DNA of 64,000 nt, taken from contig OZ286463.1 of NCBI GenBank assembly GCA_965644265.1, forward strand, positions 105,524,001 through 105,588,000, in the 5' to 3' direction. Below, piece by piece: positions 25,085 through 38,624 of this stretch. Position 1 is the first letter of the stretch. Every line of letters starts with the position of its first letter. Source of the stretch: Glycera tridactyla. Its lineage: Eukaryota. Below the pieces are notes generated by a model that did not search any database, was not told the origin of the DNA, and saw only the letters and a list, made by a program, of their open reading frames with translations. Both the position numbers and the translations under genes were made by a program.

Positions 25085-28000
25085 TTATGATATGATATGA
25101 TATGATATGATAACTTTATTCACACTCGAGTACATACAATACAATATATATATACATGGATGGGTGTGCTCGAATGCATATTTTATGAAACCTCGAGTAC
25201 ACTTTGCAGTGCAACATATAATACATCAGGCGGTGGTTGAGTTGGGTTGTACAGGAAAGTATGTAAGTAAAAGTATTGTTATTTATATATGATACAATAG
25301 AGTAGAACAGTCCTGTACGGCTATGTCAGATCCCTGTCTGGTAATGACTTGAATTCACTTATTTTCTGAACTTTCCTGAAATTTGGTGGCAGCGAGTTCC
25401 ATGTTCTTCCTGCATGATGTAGGAAATGATGACCCGAGCGCCACAGTCCATGTTTTTTTTCCAGCTTGATATGTATCGTATCACGGTGGTGTGTTCTTTC
25501 TCGTACCACGTCATCAAGTACACGGGACTCCCTTTCATTTATGCAATAGGATACAGTCACTAATTTTTCTCTGTTGCTCGAGCGGTAGGTCTCTTGTCTT
25601 TTTATGAAGATCAGAATGATGGGTTCATCATCCTACCTTGGGTATGGCTCGGAGCGAGTTGTTATGAGCTATCTGTTATTTGTCTGTATCACCTTTATTA
25701 GCGGCATTGAAAATGAGGCGCTTATCAGCCTGTTGTGTAGTGTTTATGCTGTTTGCTCTCTAATGAAGTTTCTAACATTAGCGACGGATCTAGTTTTTTT
25801 GTTTTGACCGTATTGCATATCTTTTCGTTGGAATTTTTGGAAGATATGTTGATCAAATGTAACAATACTACTGACCGATCATCTGCGAGAGAAACACAGT
25901 CTTGATTGAGCATGGAAATAATACTGATCCATAATTATAAAATGAGAACACTACTGGATAACCATGACCATTGATCTTATCCATGATAATGGAGAACTAT
26001 GTCGGTTGAACATACTTGTGAGGAGCTGGGTTGCATATTGCTGTTCAGCTTGGGGCTTTTGAGGAAACAGCCGGCCTTATATGAGTTGTATGTTCCTATT
26101 CCCACCTGTTTATACTACCGCATGGTGTGGGTGACAGTTCGCTTGCCAATTCTATACGTGGTAGCAGTACATCGCTCTAGAATTTGGAGCATGGCAAAAG
26201 CAATGTGATTTCGATACCCTTTCCTTCCTATGTTTGCCCTTCTCATCAAACCCGTTCTTCTCAGATCCGTGCTTACCGATATGCATAAGCTGAATCTCAG
26301 TAGTGTGCAAGAGGTGAAATCGTGCATCAGATTGACTCTTCCGATGATAGCCTGTTCACCGATAAACTACAGTGTTCAGTTAACTGAGACGAGATTTCAT
26401 GGACATGTCGAGTTGAGTTTCAAACCTCCGAACGAGTATGATCCTGGGAACGTCTTTGATGTCAAGTTAGTGATGCACCTTTAGGTTCTAACGATGCATA
26501 AAGTATTAGCCCTGAAACGCCTGCCTCACTAAACACACCACCTTCTTCAAAGCAGCTGTCTCAAATTGTCAAATAGAAGCACATCACCCTACTCCATTAT
26601 TGGATTAATCATTGCTAATACCCGTCTCGATGACACATCTGCAAGCAGCGGAGTATATATGACAGATCATGACACACACCTTCATCAATCCATATTAGAT
26701 GTAATGATATGCGGACATATTTCATCATTTGTCTACATCATGACGACAGATCCGTCCGCGGCTGACATCTGTTTGTTCAGGCAACATCTTAGGATGATGA
26801 ATGTGGCTATATGCGAGATATGGTGATTAGCATTATCCGTGATGCCCTTCATGGCTGGATTTATGCTGACATTCGCAAAACAATATGAAAGATAATGACA
26901 GTGACAATCATGAAATCTCATCAAGGCCGGCAGAACTGCAGTACCCTGTACGGGTAGGCAGACAGATGAACAATCCAGATAGAGAAGGCATTTTCATTCG
27001 AGGCCAATTCTCCCCCTGCAATCTGTGTCTCAATGTGACCTAAGTATGTACTCTCTTAGTAATTCTATGTTCAGCCGAGAAAATTGCATTAGTACCAAAT
27101 ATTTTGAGAAGTAGTGGGAACCAAATATTGTGAGATATGAATGTGTGAAAATACACTCGCTGCATCATTACTGTTGCAAATGAAGTATTGATAAAATAGA
27201 GTCCGCCTTCTTAGTTCCAAGCAGAAAATGGAGTGATATGATGATAGAACTAATCAAGCATTTTATTTTCACAACAAAACCTGAATGGCTTCATGTTGAC
27301 ATTGAAAATAAATCCTAGCCTTCATCCTTTATATTCTGCGAAGTACGACGAATCTGAATATGAGGTTTAGTAATATCAGGTTTGGATGATTGGACAACGT
27401 ATGGTGACTTCGTTAGCACACTTTATCGTGCCATAGATTTCATGGTGAAACCTTTTAGAATCACTCTGGTTTCAAAGTCTACGCTTCTCAGGTAAATATC
27501 ATTCCTAAAAAAATGCTTGTCGTGATGCAGAAATGATATTCATGAATGTGCTTGAATGAATGCAGTTGGTCACTTGAAACATTTCCCAAACGGAAAAAAT
27601 TCTCTCAGGATTTAAGCGTCCATCGCATGGGATAAGATGGCCAGCCAGAGAAACTGCTCTGATTTTATGATTAGGATACGATTCAAAGCATGGGTCCATA
27701 ATAACACCTGAGGAAGACCGCATGACGAATATTTGAGAGCCACCATGTTTGCATGATACCTCACTAGTAGGATCCAGATCAGGGAATTGGAATCGGGGAT
27801 TCGGCAAGTTTCCCTCATCTCAGCTATGGTATGTGAACATATGAGGAGAATTGTGTGAAGAGATGTCATCCACTCAGCCCTATTTAGATGCAAATGATGC
27901 AGGTATCCTGATTCCGCTGAATACATACATAGTTTTATGACTCACCGGAAAATAAGGCTCTGGCATAAGGCTTGTATCTAATTGGAACTGGGCTATCAAT

Positions 28001-30000
28001 CCAAGTTGATGAGAAGATGGCGGTGTTGATGATGATGGTTTTACGCAGTGCTAATGGATATGCTCCCTCGTGTAGCATTTGGACTAAAACGATTTGAGAC
28101 GATCATGTTTAGCATTTTATCATCTGCTTTTATGAGTGCTTGGAGGATTACACAGGTATTTGCCAGCAACAACAGGCTATTTTCCAACAATATGAGTGTC
28201 GACAATGGAGATTGACCAATTAGAATCGCATGTTCAGAAATTCAAGTTTTTAATCTGTAGACCAATCTTGGTGGCACGTTGGCCAATTATTGATGAAATG
28301 TCAACCACCGCCGGATATGACCGTTGAAAGTAATACAAGCGAGGACATGTTTATTTGGCTGTCTGTTTCGGAAGGATGATGGTTTGAAATTTGATTAATT
28401 TGAATCCCAGAGAGATTCTCACCACGGATCGATAGCTCATTTCTCGAACATTCATTCATCGTTCCGGTCAACAAGAGTTTGCATTTGAAACAAAGCTCTT
28501 TGGAGGATGTCACAAGATCAGCGTGAATGGTACGGTACAGTACATAGTTTGCTCCCAGCTGATCAAGTTGTGGTGATCATCCTTCGAAATCCATCACATA
28601 CTGGTGTGATAAAATTGTGCACGCGTAGTCAAGATCAATTCGAAGACCGATCTCCTAGTAATTGCAATGCACTATTACCCATTGAGCACAAAAGGCATGG
28701 ATAGATTTTGCGGAGGTTACCTAGTGCATTCCATGATCGGCTCACATGCCCGTCCTGCTGAATGAGTAACTAGGAGATTATTGAGGAAGCATCTGCGACC
28801 GGTATATGAACGAGAAGTGTCTTGAGCGATCCCTGGTCGAGGAATATTATTCGATCTGCTTACTCCGTGCCAGTATATGTTGGGACCAGTATCGCGGATG
28901 CGATTCACGTCAGTGATGCACAATTCGTCCAATATACCGAGCTTTGCAAGTTATCCAGCATGCTTTATCATATGTCACTGAGAATCTCACGAGTGGGGTC
29001 GATTCGAAAACAGATAGTACTTGACGTTGGGTACTCGTTATTGGCAATCTCTCTGAAGTGGTTCCATGAATTTGGGTATTTCCCAAGCAATTATATTCAT
29101 GAATACTGTCTGAGTCAGGAAGAGTTTACCTGCAGCCTCTCCAGTCAGAACAGTGATCTGATACTGATAAATCAAGCAGATGAGTAAACAAATGGATCAT
29201 TGAAAAATAAGACGGTAAATGAATATATCAATGGAAACATGAATGAATAGATGAGTTAATGGATAGATGGATACATTTTGATGATTGTTACAATTTCCAC
29301 CATATCCGTGATCTTATGTCAGAGGCCATTTCCACAAACAAGGCTGGAAATTCGAATTTCAAACATTTGGACCCATATTTTAGCGAATCAGTTCATTGGC
29401 CCATCAGAGACATAATTACTTTCAGTGTGATAGCATCCACCCATTCATTACCCCGAGCAGACCAGAGTCGCGAAATATCCTTCTATAAGTTCCGAATTTG
29501 AATTCCTGAGGCTTGTTATGATGCTGCAATCGTACAAACACCGTATACTATCCGGCCATGATTGCTCGCCGTAACCCAGCATACAATTGTCATGAATATA
29601 AGATTTCATTGATAGGAGGCAGTTATTAGTTGATACACACCGCATCTCTGATCAAATAACAGCATCCAGTCATCATATGACACATTCGATCCCGTGAATG
29701 ACTTGAAATTGACAGTGAGTTCCGATAAACTTTAGACACCTGCCCTACGTTCGGTGAAAACGATCACCACAGTCTCTCTATATCCATCAGCCCTTGCAGG
29801 TCCAGCACCTAATGTGACCATCCAGGCAGCTGACAACAAACATCTGGCATCGAGGGACAGATTCCACATAGACATGACACGTTATTGTGCCGGTGACCTG
29901 GACTTAGTGTCATGTTGACAGAGCGTGTCTGAAGACAAAGGAAAGATTTGAGATGATTAAGTGGCTGGAAACCCATGAATCGGCGTCCGGGAAACAAATT
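25085..30000 (-). mobile_element. Decayed LINE (copy B), possibly extending to an APE endonuclease remnant near 29.7-30.0 kb
   Basis: AGRTWNSLPPNFRKVQKISEFKS at about 25345-25415 and an (ATATC)n tail at about 25088-25112. Weak remnants MLHEGAYPLALRKTIII (about 28030) and LKSFLCLQTRSVN...PDVCC..W (about 29830-29950). The extension beyond 27667 is tentative. Confidence 0.55.
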
Positions 30001-31254
30001 CCGTCGTCATCAGCCTTGACAATGAACATCCCCGACTGCCTTTCGTAATGCTACTTCAATCAGACCCACCTGCTCATGTTATACGTTGTTCCCAGTGTAG
30101 CTGGCACCCGCTGAGATTTGAGGGTTGATGCTGCTGATGGTGATGGTTGTAGTGATGATAGTGTCGGTTGTAGTAGTAGCGTTTGTGTGGTGTCAGTTGG
30201 TTCGAGGTTTGATGCTGCTGATGAGCCCATGGTAGTATTGGTGAATATGGGTTTTTCAGTCTCCATTTGGCAGATTCCAGACATCAGGTAGATTATGGGC
30301 TCGAACGACACCAGAGAAAAATCACATTGAAGTACTGCCTCCCTCGCACCACAATCCTGGATTCGATCAGATTGAAGGGTCAACTCGTGGTGAACACACT
30401 AGCATAGGTGGCTTCGACTGAACTCCAGTCTGTAGGATTGGCCTCTGTGTAGACGTGCAGAGTACATGAATATTGCCACTATCCCGTTGGGCCAGGGACA
30501 GGCTGATGTGCCAGATGATTCGTATGAGCACATGACCCATGCACAATAACCAAGCCAGATTCTGGAACAGGAAATATTTGTAGCAAATCCTGGACCAGCT
30601 TAAGAAGCATGCCGAATGCTATGTGATGAGTGGAATAGTCCATTGCAACCACACCAATCTGAATTCAAATATGAATATATTGACTTGTTGGAAAGTTCAT
30701 AATATGGAGGAAAAATCAACGCACAGAATAATTGCTGAGTTGATATAGCTTGCAGCTGATGATGTAACAATATCCTCATTTCATGATGATAAGCGTGCAC
30801 TTCAAACAGGCAAATCGGGAGGATCTACTCATTGGACGCCTGAGGAATAATTTCTGATTGATTGATTGAGTATCATTTACCGTCCTCCCGACACCACATG
30901 GGTCATTTCTGACTGGAACCCTACTGTACAATGGGATTACTCTTCCATATAAATGATTGTATCCAGGAAGTAATGTGTGGGAACAAATACTGGATTGAGA
31001 AATAAACTGAAAGGTATTCTTTGAATATTTTCAAATATTTTGTTGGTATTTCCCAATTTCTCTTCATAAAAAATCTATTAGCTGAAGAAAGGAGCAGCAT
31101 TACTGGGGAACTCCCCCTTCTATTATCGAGTAACAGGGTGGTTCTTTTTATGTGCATGTATCACAGACACACATACACACGGCCGGCATTTGAAACGTAG
31201 ATATGAGGTGAACATAAAACAAGAGCGCCCAGGAGCGCCGAGAGATCTCCGAAA

Positions 31255-31468
31255 TAGAGAGAGGAAGAGAGAAAGAGCGAGAAAGAGAGAGAGCGATGAC
31301 GACGATGACGACGACACCAGCGATGGCGACAGCACCCACATACTCACCACCACCACCACCACTACCACCACCACAATCACCATGCAACACCACCACCACC
31401 ACCACCTCCCTACCCACTACCACTGCTACCACAACAACCACCACCACCTCACTAACGATGATGATGAC

Positions 31469-31505
<37 letters not shown>

Positions 31506-31520
31506 GGAGGGAGGAAAAAC
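31255..31520. repeat. Compound microsatellite (GA)n/(GAC)n/(CAC)n
   Basis: Read directly from the sequence; explains the low-complexity ORFs at 31123-31837. Confidence 0.95.
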
Positions 31521-31728
31521 AGACACAGAGAAAAAGACGGAAGTTTGGGGGTATTGATGAGCCCTCCTTCAGGAATATTGGGCAGCGAGTCATCAGCAAG
31601 CCACCCGTGGATTTGTCTTGTACCATTATGGCCACATTTCATCACAAACAGAAGCATCACAAGAAGTTCGTCAAATCGCCGTCATTCATGTCTATTAGGT
31701 TCAGAGCCGGACCTAGTTTCGCCAAATC

Positions 31729-31766
<38 letters not shown>

Positions 31767-34700
31767 TGATTCCTCGACATCCATTTGTCTTACCTCCATG
31801 TATACATCTCGAAAAATCTGTGTTTTGGTTAATATGATAGTTCGTAGGGGAGTGAAGTAGTGCTTCTTCTTCGCACCTCGGTATCAGTCCCGTTAGCATT
31901 ATCGAAGCCAGAAAAAGTCTGATCTTCTCCGACAGTGAGGGTCAAATGAGATGTTTGATCCAATGTGAGGTCAATTCAATGATCCGATGTCAGGTGAATT
32001 TATAGCTTCCGTCATATAGTGCTTGCATGAGTACTTTAGTCTGACAGTCACAAGTATTGACCTGGTTGCATTGGGATGGCAGGTTTCAACACCACCACTA
32101 ATCTCAATCACTGTTTTTCTATTCTGGGTAGGCACTATCGTGATCATTTGCCAGTTGTACAAATTGATGCGTGTTCGGTCAATTCTGTGTCCGTGACCTC
32201 GTGGATATTTTACAACCTTGTGCATGATAAGGATAACTGTCTTCATGTCCTCTAATGGTCAGCCATTCCATGGCTAGATGTCGCATCCGTCTCTCTACGC
32301 TAAGATCAAAGTAGTGCCACTATAGAAGAAGGTTCTAGGTCACATACACACGACACAAGCATACATACATACACACACATATATAGCGAGTATGCAGGCA
32401 GGACAGCAAACATATGATGGTAATAGAAGACGTATGCCCACACTGATTCCGTGACCTGCGTGACCAATATATGTGTCCATTATTGGAAAGTCCATTACCT
32501 CTCTCTTTCCACTCCGGTGATGTATGTTTCCAGAGGCCAAACACAGAGGATTGATTCACTGTATGAACGTGATGATGCTTTTTACGGGCACCTTGCTGTG
32601 CTGAATGAAATACATCCTCACAAATATGGTGACACAAGGAAAATACATGCAGATTTATGACTGGATGTTTGAATAATGGAATTCAGTGATCATCTACTTA
32701 GTGGTTGTTCCTTCCTTGACTTTGTGAATGCATCACAGTGATGATTATGCATCATCCAATATCCAAGATGCTGCGGAAGTGATGTCTCATCAAATAACCT
32801 CTTCATTCCCCAAGATAGTATTCACTATTTTATCACACGTTCATCTTCACCGTTTCGATGTCCACAACCAGCCATCATGTTCTTCAAGCGCTCGATGAGA
32901 GCATGGATGATGTGCACTACCTATGCGATGAGGGGGTTAGGACAAGGACAGGACAGACGTCGAACTTGCTTCCTCGGTTTCCCCACACGGAAGCCAGCAA
33001 TGATGTGGAAACCCCCAGTGGCTAGAAGGAAACCAGTTCTCTTTGCAGCATTATAGCCTGACAGGTCCTAATTTCGTCAATAATGATCCGATGATGTCTT
33101 ATCTCTATTGTATTTGAAATAGCAAAAATGCTGTTGTCAAAATGTACATTTGGGCAACTGTTTCTCCATAATCATTTTCATGGACTTGTTTCAGAATGAA
33201 AAACCGGAGTGGCGCGACCATGCATAGAAATATTTTTATTGACTTCGAAAGATTCCAAGACGAATTACCACAATATTGAATACAACAGTATATACAATAT
33301 TCATAAAATATTTTCACAATATCCCACACAGCAAGTGATTGAAAAGCATATCTGGAATCATCCACTTTTCGGTCCTCGTCCATTAAACAGACTGTGCGCA
33401 TCTCACAATAGAGAACATTGAAAGCTAAGGGGAATCAACGAAATGTTCACCCTATTGAAGGAGGACAAGACCATCGTCACATCAGTGAAATAGGCAATGC
33501 ACATCTAGATAAAATTGCCGACATCAATAGGTTCCTGGCAAGCCGTTTTTGCTTGAGACAGCCTTCCGAAGTAATTTACTTTTCATAACATCACCTAATC
33601 GCAATGATGAAAATCGTGAACCATCTCATCATTTTCATATCACAACACTCCGCTCTGCAGAATGGAAACGCTCATTTATACTTTCCCCACTGGCAAACTT
33701 GATATCCATCTTCGATACCTAATTGATAAGAGATTCGATTTCGAAAGACACGTCTCCGCATTTGATGAGATCAAAAGTTGATACCCTGCAGAGGGCACAT
33801 AAATATTTGAAATGATGTGGTCCTAATTTTGACCTGAGGCAAAGAAATCAATTCTACATGTGTGAGTATTGTGGGAGAAAGTGCGTCTTGATGCAATATT
33901 TGAGACCATCACTGCGAACTATTTCCATATTTCTCAGGAAGAACGCCATTTGATTTTGCTCTGGGGCATTTAAAGTATGTGCTGGCTATTCATGTGTGAA
34001 AGCATCGTTGAAGCATCCTCATCATAATGTTTATCTAATGTCGATTGCACAGGTGTGAGTCCTCGCTGCACTTCTTCTTGTGTATCACGCAAGCGGGGAA
34101 ACGAGCAGTGACAATAAGTGTTGCTACAGTCAGCACAAGTATTTTTTTCCGAGTGAATCAGCTCAGATTTCAATGAGAAAGAAGTTTAGGTCCAGAATTT
34201 GAAGAAATATATATGGTCGGACATTGTCAAGCCGAAATTGCGTATTTTAGAAGTCACTGGAGGTATCTTACTTTTGAAAAGTTTTCAATATAGTCTCTAT
34301 ATCGACCCCTATCGGTATTTTCGAATGTAATCGATAGCATATCATTTCGGATGGTGGACGAGCACTAGGAAGGTGTTAATTACCATCTGATATGGTAACC
34401 TGAAATAATATCACTTTGAGAGTCGTTAGCGACAATCATCTTTGAGACTTTTGGATTTTTATATTGGCAGGTATTGCTGAGGTTGAATTACGCAAAGTGC
34501 TGGATGTATTCATCATGCGTCGCGGCGTGACATGAGCACATACATTCTAATGATGATGAGGTTCGAATGAGGTGTACTTTGTAATTGACTGGTATTTGAT
34601 ACCAAGATGGGAAGTGTGGATGCATCCTCTCCATCATTGTGATCCGCCACGTGAGCATTGATCTGACCATCCTCAATCTGTTGATTGATTGATCGGCACA

Positions 34701-37373
34701 TGTGAACGCAAAGGTCTGCCTATGTCATGTGTCCCTGTTCTATGAAAGCTGCTGTAACTGTCTCTATTATTCATAATTGTCAAACACCATGGAAACTAGA
34801 TGGTAGGGAACTAGGACGGCTGTCAGGTGAAATTACCTGACAGGTCAGACACGCTTCTCTAGGATGACATGAATCTAAATGAACGTGTTGATGTCATATC
34901 GAATCATGGTAACCCACTGAAAACCGGTGCTGAAACTCTATTACAACGCCTGCAATCAATGCAAGGTACCGTACTTGAAAAAAGTTCAGAGAGTACTAAT
35001 CAGTTTCATGGATACCTGGTGGATGAATTTGATCTTTCAACAATATTCAGGATGCGAAACTCAAAAGCGATAACTGAGAGAATGGGACAGGACGCGATGT
35101 TGTGAGAGAATCTTCATGGACAAAAATGCCAATAATAGTGACTAATGGAAAGTCCACACTGACGAAGCTTGATCTTTAAAGTGATGATGTGTGATGAAAT
35201 AGAATGAAGTTTTAAAAACAAACAAACGAACATTGAATCAAACAGTAATGAACTCTCTGTTATACATCATTACAGATTTGATCAAACAAACTGCAGTACA
35301 TTATCCGCAATGTGCATTACAGACAGGTCTCTTGTTTCAATACAGAAGAAGATGAAGAAAATGTACTTGTATATTAATGTGATAAATGGGAGTACTCGTA
35401 AGACTCTTTTTCTGTATACCAACATTTCGGAATAGTTTGGTTGCCATGTCTGGGATTCACATCTTCAGATAGTATCCCCAACGATTGAACATATCATGCG
35501 TGTATTAGTGCATTAGATCCGGCTGGGTTTGAAAGTCAGAAATTGACTTACCAGCCAACCGTCGGCTTCCTGATTATCAACAACTTGGCGCTGGTAAGGA
35601 TGAGATGGACGAGGATACTCTCAAAATGTCATTCTGTGTCAAGGTATTTTGCAGAGTGGAAGAGCGAAGCATATCCGCTGGTTGAATCATAGATAGAAAG
35701 GGTTTGGGGAAGTCAATAAACAGCCTACACCGGCTTGCATTTGGCTGCATGGGGACACTGCGACACAGCTCGACTCAGTAGTATTTCATTTGATAGAGAG
35801 GAAGTCATGTGGGTTCACTGGCGATGATATGCATGGTCCATAACATAGACCAAGTTGTCATGACAACAATATCAATGTCAACCGAGAAAGAATCTCGAAT
35901 TATTCTGAGAGCTTCCTTCATCATCACATTATTCGGTTGTCTAGCTCCCCCCTTTCAAACACAGCCCTATAAATGTGTAGCATGTGAGCAAAAATGTGCT
36001 GAATAGAAATGTGAAAGCATTTGCAAATTACTGCTTCGATTGGCGAGGCAAAAGCTCTAGCGAATGGCCTTGGCTGAGCGCAGAGCAACAAGACGCCGAT
36101 CGCACATTCAATGCTACCACTAGATTCTATGACATCTCGAACGATCATTGATCTGATCTCAGAGGTCTAGTCTGCTCTCGGAAATGATGTGCTTCTTTAT
36201 ATTGCATTATTTTGCAAACTTGCCAGCATTATGGCCAGTTTCGGTGTGTGGGACGATAGCGTTTTGGGCTACACTTCCTTCATGACAAATGCAAGAACTC
36301 GACATTTCTTTCACACCAGTTTTAACAATGTCAGTGAACTTCATCATGATTACATTTCTGGACGTGAGCTGTCGCAGAGGTTTGCTCTAATCTGATAGCA
36401 TCTACCGATGTGTGAATGGGAAGCGATATAACCATCTTTGGAGTTGACTGATTTTTGTTGAAATCCTGGATGGCATGATCAGCTGGCAGCATGAGAGTTA
36501 GATAGCCCTGCAGACTGCTCCGGCCAGACAATATGTGGTCGAGCCTGAAGGGGACTCTCGACCCTAATCGAATGTACTAGAAACACAATACGCAATATTG
36601 ACATATCCCCACATTTCAAGCCTCTGGCTGAATATATTTCACGTCAGAGTTCCACACAGCAATCCAGTACCTCCTCTTTAACCCTCGTCCATAGCTCCCC
36701 ATCCGACCTTGAATGTCCATCTATATTAACTCATGACATAGAAGCTGGTGAAAGACGTCCTCTTGAAAGTGTGATTGGATATGCATCAATACTTGGGAAA
36801 CTTGAGCGTGAAGTCTTCGAGATTAATTCCGGTCGATATTGTTTAACATAGGTTTGGATTATGCCCCGGGTTTTTATCCAGACATTTGGAGAGATGATGG
36901 TGCACAAAATACAATCAGCGCACTTTGTCGATATGATTCTTGTGATCTCATTCAAAATAGCCTCTATCTATCCCGGCCTTCTGAAAATTGATCGGAATTG
37001 ATCAGGTTGCGAGTTATAAGCATGTAATGGCAACTCATTCGTCCATCAGACCCATGATGCAGGACACAAACAACACAAAATATCATAATACTGAAAAGTC
37101 CTCCGAAAATACTAGTGGTTCAGACATCGACATTATGTCACAAATTTCCCGATATAGCATCCCACTCGTAAACTGAAGACATCAGCAGCATGAACTTGGT
37201 GCCAATCGGATACACTCTCATCATTCAACCATGTCAATCAAAACCAAATTTCGAAATCATGTCAACCAAACATGAATTTTGAGAAATCCTCCCCAACAGT
37301 CGGTACAGGGTCACATAATAAGTCAATGCGAATGTCTACACACCATATACGAAATGACATAATCAGCATGGTC

Positions 37374-38624
37374 TTACAACAAAGATTCTTCTTGTGTAAC
37401 ATTCGTCTCTCCAGGATACACTTTGGATTTCTTCCCACGATTGTCCTCTTTTGGGTCTTGTTGAGGTACTTTCTCACGTCGATGTTTACACACAAGCTCG
37501 ATGAGCACCTGACGAAAGCGTTTACTACAGAAGCAATAAACAGCAAAGTTCACCGAGGAGTTGGTTACAACCATAAAGTCACTGATACGTTCATAGTAGA
37601 AGAAGGGTGAAGGACACTCCCGATTAGAGAGGAAGGTCATTAGAAGCTGCGTGATAAACGCTGGTGTCTGGCATACCAAGAAGATGACGACCACCACGAT
37701 CAGCGTCAGGGTAATGTCCTCTTCCGATTTGCTCGATTCACGATCCGACTTCTTCCCCATCATTTGCGCTCGCTTCAAGCGTGCCTGCCGCAGAGATTGA
37801 ATAAGCCGGTAGTTCATTATGATGAGCGATATTAAAGGGATGAAGAACATAATGATGAAATAAAGAACATTACCATAGATGATTTGAAAGTATTTGTTCT
37901 CGCCCATAGCTGTGGGCACGGTCATGCTCATAGTGTTGTTGGTATCTGGGTGTACTATCGATTTTGTAGTGAACTCGAAATATCTGGGTAGATTGTAGAT
38001 AATGCAGAAGGTAGCTACAATAATGACATGGCGGTGGGCATGACGGACGGAGCACAGATCGGAGGCTTCGTAGGGACGACAAACGCTGATGTAACGATTC
38101 ACCGTCACCAACACCGTCAGATAGATCGTTCCCGTCTGAGCAACTAAAGCGGTGGGAAAGAAGACCACTCCCACGTAGTCATAGATCACCATCAGCTCGT
38201 TAAACCAATGTGTCATGGTATGTATGCTCGGTATGACGCGAAGAAAAAGGACCGCAATCAGGAATAGTGTGTCTGCCACGCCCATGGATATCAGGAGAAA
38301 TGGGGTGGCTGTCTTGGCGCGATCCTTGAGCAAACAGAGTGTGGAGAGGGTGTTGCCTGTGAAGCCAAACAGCACCATGATACCCATGAATACGGCCTCG
38401 ATGATGAAGTCGAAGATGATGCATGTCTGGTCGGCTGCCTGCTTCTGCTGGATGCCTGATACGGCTAAACTGCCATTAGTGCCATTGACTTGCGTGGCCA
38501 CACCCCGCAGGTAGGACACATTCATGCTTATATTCGGCTCGGAGAATGAATGCCAAATACTCAAATTGGTGGCATTGTCCAGAATAAGTCCATCCAGGAG
38601 AGGGGGCTCCATATCTACAGCCAT
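37374..38624 (-). CDS. Class A (rhodopsin-like) neuropeptide GPCR, FMRFamide-receptor-like family, about 416 aa, intronless ORF
   Basis: Seven hydrophobic segments with GFTGN (TM1), MGVAD (TM2), TVNRYISVCRP (TM3), YNLPRYFE (TM4), FFIPL (TM5), FLVCQTP (TM6) and NSSVNFAVYC (TM7). Six N-glycosylation sequons in the N-terminus. The track start at 38648 is GTG; the first in-frame ATG is 38624 (alternative 38612). Confidence 0.93.
   Translation of the reverse strand: MAVDMEPPLLDGLILDNATNLSIWHSFSEPNISMNVSYLRGVATQVNGTNGSLAVSGIQQKQAADQTCIIFDFIIEAVFMGIMVLFGFTGNTLSTLCLLKDRAKTATPFLLISMGVADTLFLIAVLFLRVIPSIHTMTHWFNELMVIYDYVGVVFFPTALVAQTGTIYLTVLVTVNRYISVCRPYEASDLCSVRHAHRHVIIVATFCIIYNLPRYFEFTTKSIVHPDTNNTMSMTVPTAMGENKYFQIIYGNVLYFIIMFFIPLISLIIMNYRLIQSLRQARLKRAQMMGKKSDRESSKSEEDITLTLIVVVVIFLVCQTPAFITQLLMTFLSNRECPSPFFYYERISDFMVVTNSSVNFAVYCFCSKRFRQVLIELVCKHRREKVPQQDPKEDNRGKKSKVYPGETNVTQEESLL

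Larger units (their letters stand above)
20811..27667 (+). repeat. Tandem segmental duplication, copy B
   Basis: Begins CACTGCATGTCTTCCCC as at 10190 and ends GCCAGCCAGAGAAACTGC..GATTTTA as at 20810. The junction shares a TA dinucleotide. Confidence 0.95.

Noticed and set aside
34820-34862. 9-bp hairpin CTGTCAGGT-gaaatt-ACCTGACAG with downstream CTAG as a Helitron 3' end
   Set aside because: CTAG is followed by G rather than T, the spacing is long, and no 5' end could be identified.
36545-36572. CTGAAGGGACTCTCGACCCTAATCG, a hammerhead-like fragment (also CTGATGAGCCCAT at about 30198)
   Set aside because: The conserved core is incomplete, with no GAAA and no stem I/III pairing.
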